NCBI GenBank assembly: GCA_036172245.1
Contig: JAYWIR010000013.1
Coordinates: 2,418,001 to 2,482,000 of the forward strand
Length of the DNA: 64,000 nucleotides
DNA from: Raillietiella orientalis
Taxonomy: Eukaryota
Direction of reading: 5' to 3'
Under the pieces are notes generated by a model. It was given only the letters and a program-made list of their open reading frames with translations. It was not told the origin of the DNA and searched no databases. Positions 1 through 14,880 of the stretch are shown here, piece after piece. Position 1 is the stretch's first letter. Each line of letters begins with the position of its first letter. The translations under genes were made by a program, and so were the position numbers.

Positions 1-3000
1 CTGCCGGGGGGAACCGGGCGGGGCGCCAGGAGCTCGCGCCCGCCCTTCCGGCCCGCGTCTCGCCGGACCGGCGTCCGCCCCTCGGAGGGGTGGGGCGGGG
101 AACGACCCTTCCGCCCGCGAGGGACTCCCCCAGAAGCCGCCCCGGGGGGTTCCCCGGAGAGCCCTTTTTGCCCCTTCCGGAGGGTGCGGTCCTCCGGTCA
201 TCGACCGAAGTCGAGGCGCTCGCGCACGCGGCAGCCTTGAGCCCGGACTGCAAGGTCATGTGTTGGGGTGACGGCGGGGGGTGCCCCGGCCCTTGAGTGA
301 CTTCCTGCCGGTCTCGCTCGGTGAGGACCAGAAGGGAAAGCGACGGGGGTGGACGGGAGGTGCGAAGCTGTCCGTCCTTCGGCCCCCCTTCTGGCCCGGG
401 AGCGGGGAGCGCGCGCGCGAGGACCTCGCCACCCGCAGCGCTCGTCTGCGCCAAGGCCGGCTGCTCGCGTCGCGCTCCCCCCCCTCCTCTTCCTGCAGCG
501 CCGGTGGGCGCCTCCGGAGGGAGCCAACGCCTTCTTCCTGCCTGCTCTGCCCGCGGTCTTCTGCCCCGGTGCTCCTCGCCTGTCCCGGAGTGCGCGCGCA
601 GTTGCCGAGCCGCCGCTCTCCCCCGGTACGCGTTCCGAATTCCTCAGTTGGGGGGTGAGGGTGGAGGGTCCCCGATTCATCTTGCGCGTCCCCTTCGAGA
701 GCGAGGAGCCGCGGAACGTCCCTGCCGTGAGATGCCCCGCCCCCTCGTGCGAGCCGAGGCGACAAGGATTCCCTGGCTCCGCGCTAGGCGCTCGTCCTGG
801 GTGCGTGACTCGGAGTTGCGCTCTCGCTGGCGCGTCTTCCTCGGTCTGCGGGAGCACCCGGGCTCCCCACACGGCCGACTCGCCCCCCAGACGCCACTGC
901 CGGTGCACGCCCGTCCTTGATGGCGAGGGAGGGGTCCGCCCCCCTTTTGGGGAAATGGGGAATCCTGGGGGAGGGCGGCGTCACACAATGCTGGCTCCTT
1001 CGCAACCGGTCCTTCCCTGAGGACAGGGACGGGTTGTGACCATCCACAGAGGGCTACCGCGGCGACGACCCTCCCCCCGCAGGCAGAGAGCGCGTCCTAG
1101 GTTTAACTCCCCTTTCGTTTTCCTTCCAGTTAAGGGTTGCTTCCTTGTTCTTGGCGACTGACAGCAATTCGTTCCAGCGCGCTCTCTTCACGGGCGCCTT
1201 AGCGTCCTGGAAGGGTGGCGTGAACCCGTGTCGTCTCGCCGGCGCAGGGGCTCCCCCTCGGCCACGGGGAGTCGCGCGCGTTTCTAAGGCGGGCGCGCCG
1301 CCAGCTGCCGCCCGGCGGTCGGCACTCGATCTCCCCACGCATTCCTTTCCGATGAGTCCCATTGAAGGGGCGTAGGGTTCCTCCGCGAGTGGCATTCCTG
1401 AACGGGCCCCTCCCTCCATCTGTGCGTACGAAGGATCGGGTTGAAAATGTACAAGTTTCTCTAAAAGGAAGAGGAAGTAGCCGGCGTGCGGTGGATGACG
1501 CGAGCGCTCGTGCATCGCAGCTGGCCGCTGGTGCTCGTGTGGAGGACCAGTGCTGTGCCACGTAGTGGAAAAGGAGGTGAGCCACTTCCTGCCGGGGGAA
1601 AGCAAGCCGCCTGAAGCATCGCCGGGAAGGGCGTGGATCTCCTCGCGTAGGGCAGCGGCCCCCTCCGGCAGCCACCGCGGCGGAACAGCGCCTGCCCGCC
1701 GTTTCCGCTTGGCGCGAAAACGGCGGAAGAGGGCGAACCGGCGAGGTCCATCCATTTCGTCCTCTTCCGAGCGAGAGCACTCCGCGACGCTCGCTTGACC
1801 GGTTGCGACTGCCGTGGGCGGAGGATCCAGGTGCCTCCTCCTTCCCAGAGATGGCCGGTTCCAAGGTGGCACCCGCCCGGCAACGGTTTTCACGGCGAGC
1901 GAGCGACCACCTCGCAAGCGGCTCAATGTGAACCGACGGGGTCTTCGCAGCCGCGCAACACCTTCCTTTGAGAAGAGCGCCGTCCGTCGTCGACTGACTG
2001 CACAAGCGGTTGCGGACCCTTGTCGACTGATGGGCAGAGGGAGGTTCGCCGAGGCAACCGGGTAGCATATGAAAGGGATGGCAATCGGCCTTGACTTCGC
2101 GGAGGATTGCAGCGTCACCGGTGGTGGGACGTGGGTGTGTGCGCGGTGGAAACCCGTCGGCCTGTGCCTTTCTTGCCCCGCCCCAGGAAAGGCACACTTA
2201 ACGGTGCCGGTCATGCTGCGAAAGCGGTATGTTGGTTGTGTGTGCTGTGCTGGAGGGGTACCGATTCGCAAAAGTGACCAAATAAGCCTTTTATATATAT
2301 GTATATATATCATCGCGTGCTCTGCATGGTGCCGATTGAGGGATGAAGGAGCTGCCGCCGCGGTGCGCTCTTTGCGGTCTGGATCGATGACGCGTGCAGC
2401 CAGCACATCAGCGCTCCTTGACGTTTTGCGTGACACGTTCGATGGTCCAGTTGGACCACGGAATGAAGCTGCCAAAGAGAGTTTTTTTTTTTTTGTCAGC
2501 CAAAAACTAACTCTCTTTTGGTAACTTCATTCCGTGGTCCCACCGCACCTCTCTCGCCAGCGAATTTTCCCCTGTTCTCCGGAATCAGAGTGAACCCAAA
2601 GGTCGCGGATTTCACGACAGCTGAAATGATAAGGTCACCCCAGCAACCGACTTCACGGTAACGGCAAGGAGGCGGCACCCAACGCTTTGCTCCAAGAGCT
2701 GTAGAGATGTCTAGACGCGCGTGCGTTAAGCTCACAAGAAATGGTGTGCTTGAAATGTGCTTTTGAAAATAGAAAGGCCAGGTCTTGCTTGCCTCATCAT
2801 TTCCAGGTGCAGTGCACTGATTCGTGGTCGGCATAGGAACATAATAATGGGTAACCTGCACAAGCTAGGGCTTCGAAGGAAACGGATGTTTGTACGCTCG
2901 TTGCACTCACGGAGCGGGGGCCTGAACACCGGTGTACACTACACTTTATAGATATCGGAGTATCCATAAAGTGCCATTGCGAATCAAAACTGTGCGTCCA

Positions 3001-5709
3001 AAAGCGTCCTGATGTTCACTTGATCTGCGGAACGCAAATGTCTGGAATGTGGTACATGGAATGTTTATTGCAGGAACAGTCCACGTCCGACGTGCGTTCC
3101 TCAGATGGCAACCTCGGTGCACTGACACACATGCAGCCGCCGCACCCGACGGAGCTACGAGCTGCACTCCGCGCTACTGGCTTGGTCCTGCTACGCGCAC
3201 ATGGAACGAACGTTTCCATGTTTACGGCAACCGGGGTGTGAACTCTCACTGGAAGCAGGACACAGCACACCTCTCACAGGGGAGTCGTGTCGGCACGGTG
3301 TGAGAACGGGGGTGTCCGCGTTTCACCCGCCCTCAGGTGATGAGCGCGTCTCGCAGGGAGTGCGACGCATCCGTGCAGTGTTTTCGCCATCGCTCCCTGT
3401 CGGTGAGTACACTTTCCGGAATGCGCCCCGGGCAAGCACGTGATCCCTGTCCCCGCTGTGTAGATTTCGGAAGGTGCGCACCACAGTAATCGCGAGACTG
3501 GCAACATGCGAGAAATCCAAACTGATGCCTGAGCAGAGAAGAGCACAGAAATCCTTCCTGTTGGTTCCGAACGGAGCCACCGCCCTGCCAGATTTGCAAC
3601 TCCAGCAAGACACGCTCCCTGCCCTGTTGGCACGTGCAGTGGTGCTTTCCGCGCCTGCCACGATAAGAAGACTTTGGAGCACGTGCTAGGCCGGTCGGGT
3701 CGCAACGGCTTTCTGCTGGGATCGTATGGAAGAAGAACCTTCGACCACTTTCGCCACAAGTTCACATCCACTTTTTGTCAAGGATTTTCGCACCATCCCA
3801 GTTGCTCTCAGTCGCCATTCCGTGCGGAGCGAACGAAGGCCGTTCCCTGGCGGACGGCTGTGATTTCCGGACGAACCCCACCGTCACGGTTTTATTGGTT
3901 TGACCGCCAGTGTCAATTCACTCTTCCTGCACCAACTCTCCACTGTGCCAGGATGTTTCACCACTCTAGATGAAAATCATCCACACTTTTTTCCAAGTCT
4001 TTCGGCAATAAATTACAGCGAAGCCTGCTGCAGCATCGTGGCAAAGAGGACATTTCCGTCAGCATGTGCTCAGAAAAGCATTCCATGTTTTTTACGCATG
4101 CTTCCCGAATGGCGCTGCCTCGACCATACCAAAAGCACCAACAGAAGCCATTCGCTTAAAACAAGGACCCCCGATGACATCGTATCAGGAAGGAAATGCT
4201 AGCAAGAATTCCCAACCTGGTTCCCATGTTTACGTGCATGGAAGCAAAATGGAAATGCTAATCCAGACCTCTCTCTCTGGAGACCCAGAAAGATTTCTTA
4301 CACCAGGCTGCACTTTTCAAACAACAGATGACAGCGCCAAACACTACAAAGGCACCTTTTAAAGTTCGGGATACTACGTTTGGCACACAACTTGAGCACT
4401 TCCCGGACCCTTCCTCCTGTTGGTTCACAAACAACTTTATCCTTTCACCGGCTTCCAGAGAATCCGCTCGTGCCGTAAATCAGCCGTGCTGAAAGCTGCG
4501 GAGGCAGTGTGTGCTTCCGTGCCGAAAACAGTTGCCAAAGAACGGCGCGGGGCTACGGGAAAAAAAAAAATTGCCTTTTGCATCAACGCAAACTCTCGAA
4601 GCAAGCTGAGCACTCTGCACCAATAATAATCTTCCCTCGAAGGATGAGAAAGGAAAAAAGCCGCTGTGTCACCCTGGGGAATTTCTGAAAGCATAAGGAC
4701 GAGGGCATAATTCTTACGACGAAACGCTTCCAGGACGATCCTTAATCGTAATCTCGAAGCAGCGAGGAACAAGGTGGGCTTCAACGCTCGTGGCATTCCT
4801 CACTGCTTCATTCCCCGACTCCTTCTCCGAATCTTCCTGGCGGAAGATCGCTGCTCCAGCATGGCACCCACGTTCTCACGATGAGAGCCAAAGTCAGAAA
4901 CGCGTCCGTGACGTTTCGCTTTTTTGCCATCCTCCGCTTTCCCGAACTATCACCGAGATAAGACGGCAGAGGCGATTACCAGTAACCTTAGTTACGTGAC
5001 CTGGCGCCCTCATTTCTGGTCCAGAAGATAACAAAAAGGCACTGAACACAAACGGCACCTGCCACACCCACGAGAACGCACGGATACGGCGTCCCCAACG
5101 CCTCTTGGTCTGGTTGCTTCCCAATTTTCGAGACCCCCTCGCTAAAACGGAAACCCAAAACACACGAGGGGCGTACGGGGGGGGGGGGAGGAACTCATCA
5201 TGCACTCATCTTCGACACGACTCCGTTGTCGCCGAACTTTCAGTTAGGGGAAGTTGCCGACGGCCCAATCCAATCTGTGGCCCTTCGGCGTCCTCGTCGG
5301 CGGAAGCACGGGGACACCCAAGTGGGACAAAACGCGCGCGCCGGCAACGCAAAACATTCCTTAAGATAAAGTGTTCTCGGTGACCGAATTGCTTTCGTGC
5401 ATGGCACCCGTGGTATCGGGATCATCGCCCACAGCATCCAACGATTCCCATTCAAACCCCTGCACGTTATTAGAACCTACAAATTGTGAAGACAACTTCG
5501 CCCGGAACAAAAAAAAAAGGTGGTGAGGCTTCCGTTTCCGCTGGACTACCAACCACCTCATGATCTGTTTCCAAATTTCACAATAAATATTTATTATCAC
5601 AGCATCAAGTGACGGGGCAAGTAGAAAAAAACTTATGGCGCATAAAGTAAAAGATGGGCATCCGAGTCTTTGGTTGAATATCACATGTAGCTTACTAACG
5701 ATTTTCATA

Positions 5710-8700
5710 CTACTTGCGGAACTTTTTGAGCCATGATATAAAGCTTTTCTTTCGGCGAAATGAATAAGTGGAGTTTCTTGGGTGAGCTACGTGAAGATCC
5801 CGAGAATCACTGTTCACAGAGTTTGCGTAGTGCGCTTCCTGATCTGGAAGACTCAGATGACTAGATTGCAAGCAGCGTTTGCTATCAAGAAAACCGTTAA
5901 GTTCTTGGGCTTCCAAAAACTGATGGTCACAGTCAACGCTTATGAGAGCCTCCTTGCTTTCAGAAAGTAAGCACTTCCTGTCTGTAAGCAGCTTTGGTTC
6001 AACATCCTGGCTCTTCGGATGTGGGAATGGGATTTCGAGAGACAGACAAGTCCGAGTTTCTGAGTATGACCGTTGATTTATGCACATATTTCTATACAAG
6101 TCACTAGTAGATAAAGATCGGAATGATTCCAATTTCGCTTTCCTGTGGTGCTTTGTACTTTCAGCTATTACTCGCACATATGCAAAATGTGATTATCCTA
6201 CCAATGGGCTTACTTTGTATGCATACACCATTGCTTTCAAAAAGCATTTTCTTGAGATGTTTGCGACAGCCTATGAACACACAGCACAGCAATATTATTT
6301 CCGCCAACAGGGCCACAAGATGAGTCTGGATTATCTGAAACACAATTGCTCTATGCTGTTAAGGAATTCAAAGTCTTGTACCCAGCTGTACAGCTCAGTC
6401 ATCTGCTCCTTCATCATCTGCAGGGACTGACTCAGATGAAACACTTCAAGAGCCAACTGCTCCAAAACTTTACTGTGATTCTGCTGAGATTCTATAACAC
6501 TAGTGATAGTATAGTTAAAGTTGCGCTTTAGCTCCCTGTAGCTATGACTTAGCTGATCTAAGTACTGGGTACTCAAAGATAAGTTGATTTCCAATGCCTA
6601 CAAATCAATTGGAGAAATTAGTTTATTTGAAAATTCGTCACTCCATCTCATGATAACTGTAAAGATCAAAGGAAAAATTCAATCGCGCACCACAGAATCA
6701 ATTGCTGCTTTGTTGCTGTTGTTTATTTAACTACAACTACACCAGGTGTATTTGTTCACCAGATGAAAAGTATACATGGTAAAATATAATTACTTCAATG
6801 AAAAGTTTGCAAAGGAAATTTACTGTTGGGCAGAAACTTGCAAAAATAAACCGTGACAAGCATCTCTGCACCAAATGCATGGTTCTACGATGAGGGCAAA
6901 ACAATTATGTGTACTAAAAAACAGTGGATAGTGGCCAAAAGCACCAACAACTGATGTGCAAAAACAATCAAGCATTCTGTATTTTGTGCATGAAACATAC
7001 AAATGCTGATTGTTTAGCCTTCCACCTGTTACTAGAGACTACAAGTGGAATACAAATCCCATCTGAATCATAAATCACAACAATTTGAAGAGATCAAAAC
7101 AAATATTACCAGGCACAGAAATCAGCAACTCACAAATGGCCATTAAGTTTGGTAAAACACTACTTGTTACCTTGATACGATTTGATATTCTCAAGAATGC
7201 TGTTTCCTTAGGAACAGCTGAAGGAACCATGATGCTTGCAAGTCCTTCCCATGAACTATCAGAAATATTTAAAGAAGCATAGGTTTCATTCACTTTTACA
7301 TCTTTCAGTGTTTGGAAAAGAGAACTGGCATTCTTGTCTATGCTTGCTTCTTCTTCCTGTGGTAATATTAATATTTCTTTATCAGGTTTGAGATCAATCA
7401 CATCAGCCACTGCACTTGAACTCAGATTGCTCTCAACGTTTGTATCAGAGAGAAGAGAAGTCAAATACACAGGCAAAGACCGATATGCATTGCTGCCATC
7501 AGTTTGGAATGTATCATAAAGTGAGGGGGAATCATTTAGATTTGTATCTTCAAAGGAAGATGACAAAAATGGTATCTGGCTGTTTTCCCATGATAAGAGT
7601 TCAATGTCAGCAGTTGGTTTCAGAGGGGACACAGCTTCCACAACAAAAGATGCCTTAAATCTTCTGTCTTGCCAATGTTTTTCACTCAAAGTTAGAGAAC
7701 AGCAGGCCTCCAGAAATCCGCAGGGAAGCATGTTCCAAATCAACTGCACAGAAGGTGGCACAGAGAAGGTATTGCTAGTGAGCTGTGTACAATATTGGGA
7801 TAGAAACCTCCATAAATGAGTATGCATGAAATTGTACAGCTGTGCTGATTGGCATGCAAGCCAGTGGTTGGCACTAGCTGACACCTTGGTTGCATTTTCC
7901 ATCACAAAGTGGGGATGTATAAGGTTCATACAAGCAGTAAATACAACATCTTTGTTTCTATGAGAGGATGAAGTTTCATTGCTATCATGGGAACCTGACC
8001 AATTATAACACCTGAATCACTCCCCATTACTGACTTGGCACTACCTTTTATGAAAGCCTCAGTAGCCAATTTGACAATGTTCATGACAGCCTGCTTGGCA
8101 CTTCCAAATAGATCTGAATGGTTGACTTCTGACTCAGAGAAGTCTGCAGGATAAGTGAGGCATGCTCTGAAAGCCAATAACTCTCACATGCATGCTTACC
8201 ATTGGATGCCTCTTCTTCAAAGTCATCAGGATGAGAAACTACTACTGGTACTCCATCTGTTTCCAGAGCCTCATACTCTGATGTGCCATAGACATGGAAA
8301 AAAGTCAGTGGACAAAAGTGTTCATTCCCATAGTGGCTGATAATATCCACTTTAATGAATTTAGCAAACAACCGTTGTTCAACAGGGAAATTCTGGATAA
8401 CTCGTTCATTCTTGGCAGTAAAGTGACCCAAAAGGGTCCACTCTCGTGTTGGAAAGTGATCACTTGCGAAAAGCATAAAATCCTTAGGGCTGGATGAATA
8501 CAATTCGAAGTTGGCTAATTCCACCTGTTTTCATAGTCTGCTGAGAACAGGTAATGAACAGCCTGAACACTTACTTTCTCAGTCTGCACAGCTTCGCACA
8601 ATTCAACAACAAACCAAAGCTTGAAGCGGCATACTGTGAGCAGATATTCATCACTGCTGGGTGTTAACAAGGCCCATGGATTCTGAACCTCAGGGTTAGC

Positions 8701-9426
8701 CTGCACAACTTTGGCTCCACAATCAGGGGAAGCATAATTCTTAGCTCTTCGTTTGGTTTTCTTTGAGGTCACGTTATTGTTCTGCAGTGTGACATTAGGA
8801 ACTACAACCCCTTCCTTGTTCATCCACAATGGTCCCACCCACCTGATTTTTCCCTTTTCAGCCATTCACTGTATGTGGCAAAGTCTTCGTCCCCTTCTCT
8901 ACTTTCATTCCCTGAAATTAAGGTTTACATAAAGAGACAGACAAGATATCACCTTTGATCATGCTCCGAGTAACATTTGCAGAAGTAGAAGCATTACTTT
9001 CAAGTGTTTCATTTCCTTCAATAGCAGTCTGATCAATGTGTCCATCCATGGTACTGTGTTCACCACAAATCTAACGTATAATTAGATACCCTTACCTTAC
9101 CTTGCTAATTGTGCAGCGGGGCATGAATGAAAATAACGCAAGAAATCCCAGCCTGCTGGCCGATAACATCTAGCAGTATACACCTACCCACACTCACTCA
9201 TCCCACTATTCCCATTCTAATACCTGTGACTCCGAATATTCTGCCTCATTCTCATGGGGCACTCCACCTTCATGCTGAATGTTTGCACTTTTCCTGAAAT
9301 TCAAAATAAGAACCCTTCTTTATATATGGTCCATTATTACAGGTTTTCCAAGCCTGAGTCCATTCTGTTAGTGCTTTTACAAGCCCATAGTAGTAACAAG
9401 AGACACAGCATTTCCAGCTGAGTCAT
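5710..9426 (-). CDS. SUCO: SUN domain-containing ossification factor (SUCO/SLP1-type mid-SUN protein), multi-exon
   Basis: Spliced reconstruction gives a signal-like N-terminus MTQLEMLCLLLLLWAC (ATG 9424-9426, tentative). It continues ATYSEWLKRENQ and a SUN domain KNYASPDCGAKVVQAN...WFVVELCE|VELANFELYSSSPKDF...KFIKVDIISHYGNEHFCPLTFFHVYGTSEYE (intron 8525-8574). Later parts are DLFGSAKQAVMNIV, the coiled-coil motif KETAFLRISNRIK|ALEINLSLSTQYLDQLSHSYR (intron 6598-7170), a TM segment HLVALLAEIILLCCVFIG, and a stop at 5710-5712. GT-AG introns keep phase. One boundary near 7960-8035 and the start exon are uncertain. Confidence 0.88.
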
Positions 9427-9736
9427 TGTAAGCTCTCAAGGAAGTGCCCATTCAATCTATCCTGATGACTACAACAAATTGTAAAGTTTGGTCTTAATGT
9501 GCTGTGGTGGTTTCTTAGATAAGACGATTTTAATCTACCACCAAAGAGCTAAATTTATTTTACTGACCAAAATAATGCGTAAAAAAAGAGAAAAGGAATG
9601 ACATTTTTTTTCTTTCTTTTGTTTTTTACAAAGAAAATATTTCCTTCTACCCCAACATGGATGCCCAATCTTGGGACATTCATGTTATTTATAAAGTGGA
9701 ACAACTTGTAACAGAATCACTTTTTCACTGACATAT

Positions 9737-9742
9737 TTTATT
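9737..9742 (-). terminator. Polyadenylation signal of RPS18
   Basis: AATAAA on the minus strand 7 nt after the TAG stop. Confidence 0.7.
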
Positions 9743-9749
9743 GAACAAA

Positions 9750-11253
<1,504 letters not shown>

Positions 11254-11265
11254 TTTTGGATTTTC

Positions 11266-11272
11266 AAAGAGG
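11266..11272 (-). promoter_or_regulatory. Candidate TCT/5'TOP polypyrimidine initiator of RPS18
   Basis: Minus-strand cctcttt lies 12 nt upstream of the ATG and fits the YCTYTYY pattern typical of ribosomal protein gene starts. Confidence 0.5.
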
Positions 11273-12919
11273 TGATATCCACGTCTACCGTACTAAGCAC
11301 TTATCGCAACCATGCCAAGGCAAGGTGTTCCACTTGTATTGCCAGAGTCACATGTGAAAGTACTCTTATGTGTCGGTGCTTGTAATCCTTCAGAATATTT
11401 CATTTCATGCATAATAATTCATAAAATATCTTCAACAATATTTCGAAAATATGTAAAATTTTATTTTGGAATAAAATCATATTTATCACAACTTGATTAT
11501 GTACCAAAAACAGCATGATACTGTGCAGTTTGTCTGTTATGTTATTTGTAATTTTCCCTTCTTAACATGCCAGAATTGGAAACATTCAAATTAATTTATA
11601 AATAGAGAGACACATCGATAATTACAGTGATATAGTATTCATTATAACAAATTTGTTTAGAACGAAAACGGAAGCACACGATTTGTGCATGTGAAACCGA
11701 ATACGTTAAGTATCAAAATATAAATTTATGATTGTTTTCTGTGACTGTTTATTTACATCTACTAATACACTCATACTGAAGTAATAAGTACAGAGGAACC
11801 TGATTAACAATCGATTACATTTTCTTCATACAGAAATGTATATTGAATGTGAAACGTTCGTAAAAGAGTAAAGCTGTGGGAAAATCAGTTCATCTTATGC
11901 AGACATACAACGATCTAGGAAACATTCTAAAGGGAATTTTCATTAGTAGTATTTTTCGAATGATTTGCATCAATTTTCCATATTTTTCTCTCTAAAAGTA
12001 ATTCAAATTCGTTAATGAGATTTTTCACTATGTTTCGAAACGTTTACTGCACTAGTTTATTGTAGTGTTCGAAACATTTATGATATTCATAAATTGAAGC
12101 ACATCTTCAGTTTTCCTCTAAGATATATTCCGAAATGCTTTATAATGTGCCAGCTGTGAAATAAGTGTGTTTAATTAAATAATGTACTAGTACATGAAGC
12201 AAAGTAAATCCATAGAGAGTAGAATTTAAGAAAGAAACTGCAAGAATGCTTTTGAGTCTCGTGCATGCTCCATGGTCCACGGAGGAGACTGCGTATGAAA
12301 TTCAGCGACGTGCAGATACTAACACTGAGAGAATACATATATGAAATGTTCTTTCACGGGAGAACCAAAGACACGTAGGTAACATTCACGCACCAGACGT
12401 GAGAACAGTCTGCACCAGCCACATCGGTGGTGGTGAATTTTCAGTAGCTATGCCTCGGAGCAAAATATCCAAGTGCATCAGGTGACTGACTTGGACAGTA
12501 TCCTTCCAGATTCTTGGTTACCGTAGCTTAGATCAATCACCGTAGCTTAGATTAATGCGGACGGATACGCGGATGGCCTTGCTTTATCAATCAAGGTCAT
12601 TAACGCAGAGGAAACACCGTAACAAAAAAAATGCTCTAGGCGTATTGAAACTTCTAGAGACACGGACGTAGTGCTCTCACTTTGCAAGATCAAGCTAACC
12701 CTTCGTGGGGGACTTGTTGGCTGAAAGTGGTGTTAGCAGCGTTAAAGATGGGCACAATTCAAGCGTTCCTTCACAAGAGTCAACTTATGTCTTCGGATCT
12801 AGAATTTCCTTTGACTCACCTTTATGGAGAAGCCAAGCAATGCTAGGGTAAAGCCGGCAGTTGCTCAGTACTCGTCAAAGATCCAATGTGGTGACATCGT
12901 AATGTCCACAACCAAGAGC

Positions 12920-14357
12920 TGCTATGGTGGAAGATGAGATAGGAGGAAGAGAAAGTATTGCAGCACGAGGGAACAGTCGTCGAGAGACGATCCGACAGCT
13001 CCCGTCCAGTCGGGGGTCACCCGCCCGCCGACGGGAAAGCAGACTCCCATTCGCTCACCCACCACAAATTCAGGGGGTTACCTCGCCACGTTGTACAACT
13101 GCAGCCTGTTGGACTGCAGGGAACGCATTCGCGCCTATTCGATCTTGCAGGAGATTCGTACCGTCTCCGTTAAGGGTTGGTGGAGCTGCGAAGATCTAAG
13201 AGGAAGCGGAAGGGAAGCTACGTGGCTTGAGGGTGGAAAAGGCTGCGCTGCTTTGCTGATGGAGCTGGCATTGGCAGGGTGACGTGCAGCGCCCGTCACC
13301 GACGGAAGACTGGGAGACGGTCGTGCTATCCAGTAATACGACCCGATGGACCTCGTAGTTGGCAAGAAAGACGGATCGACGCGCCGGATGGCTACTTCTG
13401 GACAACCGCTAGCTCATGAGCTCTGGCCAAAAATAAATAAATAAAAACCGTTGCTAAGCAGGAAACTTCAACATCCAACCGTTCTCAAATGAAGGCGAAG
13501 ACCTACTCAGTCCCTTAACAACCGGCAGACGCCTAGGCGCGTGCGCCGCGAAATTGGTGGACGGCAAGGCAACTCCGTGCTTCCAGTCTAAGGGAGTCCA
13601 CCGGTCTGGACCCAAAACTTGAGTTGTGTGTGCCTCTGGAGGCACTGTGCGTCCCTCCCCTGTGTCTGGACAGTTCTGTGTTCCCTCTCCGATGGCAACA
13701 CGACGAGCACATGCACCGCTTGACCGGGGAAGAGCGTCTCTTCTGCGTGCAACAGGTGAGGGACAATGCTGAAGAACTGCGGTCTTCTCCGTCGATCGTG
13801 AGAGCGACTGGTTTAATTCTTTCCTGCACCTCCAGTTCTCGCCAGCCAAACTGCTGCGTCGCTGCTTTCTCCACCGAGGGAGAACTTTCGTCTCCCGCCG
13901 TGATTGCAACGATATGTTGCATCCGCGGTATTTTGAAAGTCCGCAACTCACCAGAGCTGCAGCAACAACAGCGGGAGCCACTTGCATCGCTGCCTCCTTC
14001 ATGAGGAAGACTTTCGGGTGACCCCACATATGAATGGAAATCGGCAAGGAGGTCACCACTATCTCGCAGCAGTCTTGGCAAAGGAACAGGAATCCCGGCG
14101 ACCCCACCCACTATCCTCTATCATTTATGAGTCATTCCGGCGAGCCCACCCACTGTCCTCTATCATTTATGAGTCATACCGTCTCCACTGATGCCCGGAC
14201 ACGTTTTTAAACCGACCTTAGCGTCGGAGAACCTTCTCGAGTGGGACTTCTTTTCGCTTCTTCTTCTTAATGGATCACACGGAACGACATTCCTTGTTTA
14301 GGGTGACTTCATTTATTTTTATCAAAGTAAAGTAAACGCCCCGGGGCAACAGGGTCG
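12920..14357 (+). mobile_element. Old, internally deleted Tx1-like element relic
   Basis: Decayed endonuclease motifs (AACWT, SILQEI, DPMDLVV at about 13100-13360). The C-terminal ORF2 remnant VPLEALCVPPLCLDSSVFPLRW resembles VPPEELVVPPSCLNTSVFPLSW at about 31850. It ends in taaacgccccggggcaacagggt at about 14332-14355, a decayed copy of the family 3' terminus. The left boundary is approximate. Confidence 0.6.
14095..14177. repeat. Two-copy 42-bp tandem duplication
   Basis: ccggcga(c/g)cccacccact(a/g)tcctctatcatttatgagtcat occurs at 14095 and 14137. Confidence 0.85.
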
Positions 14358-14519
14358 AAAACAACCTTGAAACTGGCATGAGGTCATTCTGGTGAGCCTC
14401 CAAGAGACTAGTAAAAGGCTCAAGGTGAACCTGACCTTCTCCAAGTTGTGGGCTGCGGGACTCGGCAGCCCACTCGGAAAGGTTGCAGGTTCTTCGTCAT
14501 GTTCGATGAAGACGCCTGC

Positions 14520-14880
14520 TGTTCACTCCGTCTGTGTCCATGGCCAGGTCAGCCTGCTTTCACGTGGACCTGACTTCAACTGAAGAGTCGAAGGAAGCTG
14601 CGTTTCTCTGGGAGCTGCGCCAGAAATTTCTCTCGGAGGACCTCGTTCTTTCCAAACAGCAAGCTCTGCAGCCGCAGACAGTCCGCGGGGCACGCACGAC
14701 GGTGGACACACTGAGAACTCAGGCGTTCACGGTCAATCTGCGAAGAGCGTCCGCCTGATTCGACCAGGAACTCCTCCTGCAGCTCCTGGAACGTCTCGGT
14801 CTTCCGTTGCGCTTCCCGATGCGCTTGAGCTCTAGCTGGCGCAAGGCCAGCATCGGCATCTCCTTTGCTGGCCACGTGGA
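14520..14880 (-). mobile_element. Possible decayed LTR-retrotransposon gag fragment
   Basis: ETFQELQEEFL...NEVLREKFLAQLPE resembles Ty3/gypsy gag capsid helices. No pol or LTRs were recognised. Confidence 0.3.

Noticed and set aside
1..2475. Long overlapping ORFs (up to 473 aa) in the GC-rich left end
   Set aside because: Arg/Pro/Gly-rich, open in several frames on both strands, and no recognisable motif. Expected from high GC content.
2500..5700. Scattered 60-165 aa ORFs downstream of SUCO
   Set aside because: I could not build a consistent spliced model or recognise a domain.
12520..12552. 14-bp direct repeat accgtagcttagat
   Set aside because: A small local duplication with no associated structure.
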